A stretch of DNA of 63,636 nt, filler included, from Rozella allomycis CSF55 (taxonomy: Eukaryota), in assembly GCA_000442015.1 (NCBI GenBank). It is 9 parts of 9 records of this genome, joined end to end, with 100 filler letters (N's around TTAATTAATTAA, not from the genome) between each part and the next. Parts side by side here need not be neighbours in the genome. Positions count along the whole stretch, not along the records: positions 62,317 to 63,636 come from KE560581.1; 8 more parts are not named here. One strand, 5' to 3'. Made by a program: the position numbers and the translations under genes. How positions within the stretch are numbered: the stretch's first letter is position 1; each line of letters begins with the position of its first letter. Below, piece by piece: positions 62,317-63,636 of this stretch. The notes beneath the pieces are model-generated. The model searched no databases. It was not told the origin of the DNA and saw only the letters and a program-made list of their open reading frames with translations.

Positions 62317-63636
62317 TTTAGGCTCATTCGATGCATCTTTGACATAATTAATATTTCGATACCGAAGAATAGCTTTTTTCTCTTAGAAAGCTCGAGAATG
62401 TTAGCGGGCGGGACCCCAAAAATTTCCATTATGCAAATTAGCTGCTCATGCTCATTTTCACCGGGGAAAATTGGATGGCCGGAATGAAGCTCTGCTAAAA
62501 TACATCCTAAACTCCACATGTCAATTCCCATAGTATATGGGATGCCAAGAATGATTTCGGGCGATCTGTAAAACCGACTTTGAATGTATGTATAAACTGG
62601 CAATCTTTGTTAAAGTTTCTTACTTTTTTGGTCATCAAAACAGCTACTTCCGAAATCTATTACTTTAATTGCTGATTTTGTCTTGCTTTTTAGCAGCAAG
62701 TTTTCGGGCTGAATTGAAGATAAATGACCGCTTTACTTTCAAATCACAATGTATTATTCGGTTTTGTTGCAGAAGTATCAAGGCTTGTAAAATTTGCTTG
62801 CAAAACCTTGGTAAAGACTCATAAACCATTGTACTTTCTGACAAGACTCACTGAAACACCATAAAAGTTGTTAAGTTTTATAAATTCGTATAGATTTATA
62901 CTGAGCAATTCAAATGATATACATAAATGATTTCTAAAATAGAAATGCCCATTCATATGAATGACATTCGCCTGATCTTGGATATCCTGAAAAAAAATGC
63001 AGTTTTTGTTACCTTTTCACGTAAAGTTTGCAAAATTTTGACTTCAACGAGTGCTTGTTGGTGAAATCTCTTTTTATTTCTGATCGTTTTGACCGCTACA
63101 AACATTTTGTGTTTATGATCAAAGGCTTTAACAACTTGACCAAAGGAACCTTTTCCTAGTAATTCAAAAACTTCGAAGCGATAAGCAAAATGGTCATTTA
63201 AAACTATTCTATAGTCCCCACGCTCGTCATCAAAGCCAAAATTGTTTAGAGAATCTTTACAATCGATCTTCTTTATTTCATTTTTTCCAATGAAATATAT
63301 ATTTTTATACGCATGTATTTCGGACTTTTCATATTCGGTCAATTGATCGTCGTATTTTTTCAACGCATCTTGGGAGTTCATAGGGAACATATCTTGAGTT
63401 TGCTGGCTAATTTTTACAGATATAATTATCGTACTCGATATTTGAGGAAATTAAGTCTTTAGTTACTTCTCCTACGCCGTTACCACCAACTTTATTAACT
63501 AGTTGCTTTTGCACCAGGTGCTGAGATGTATTATTTTTGTCTTTCTTCAATGCATGAATTGGTTGCTTTACAATAATCGGACTAAAAACTATAGTCCAGA
63601 TATTTACTTGAGGTCTTTTTCTCTCGCTAAATTAAG
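62317..63636 (-). CDS. DYRK (class 2, DYRK2-like) protein kinase, partial
   Basis: [71 protein letters not shown]. Confidence 0.93.

Overview
This window is eukaryotic, AT-rich DNA from a gene-dense genome with very short GT-AG introns (about 22-31 nt in those I could delimit). My inference is a zoosporic early-diverging fungus or relative such as Rozella. It is not one locus: nine contigs are joined by artificial 100-nt N/TTAATTAATTAA/N linkers, and single 'n' bases mark duplicated, probably allelic, segments. Contig contents: (1) an intron-containing Helentron/Helitron2-type Rep-PIF1 element with ~138-bp repeats; (2) COG1-like, RRP7, NUP160-like and a dual-acylated protein; (3) Copia, LINE and MULE debris, F-box/LRR genes and an HSP20; (4) a 26-kb compact housekeeping block (cis-prenyltransferase, RRP41, RPC53, CCDC43, acyl-CoA oxidase, TRS85, GH2 beta-mannosidase, CYB5D1, NUFIP1, ABCG, PTPA, PEX11, RRM-RGG-RRM protein, septin, CobW GTPase, SDR). 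Contig 4 also holds an intronless class C GPCR with a Pmp/pectin-lyase-like beta-helix ectodomain, the most notable gene here. The remaining contigs hold a long low-complexity ORF, a tRNA-like element, a LINE endonuclease precisely interrupted by a 431-bp non-autonomous Helitron, a decayed canonical Helitron sharing that 3' end, and a DYRK kinase. All calls come from motif recognition by eye; no database searches were run.
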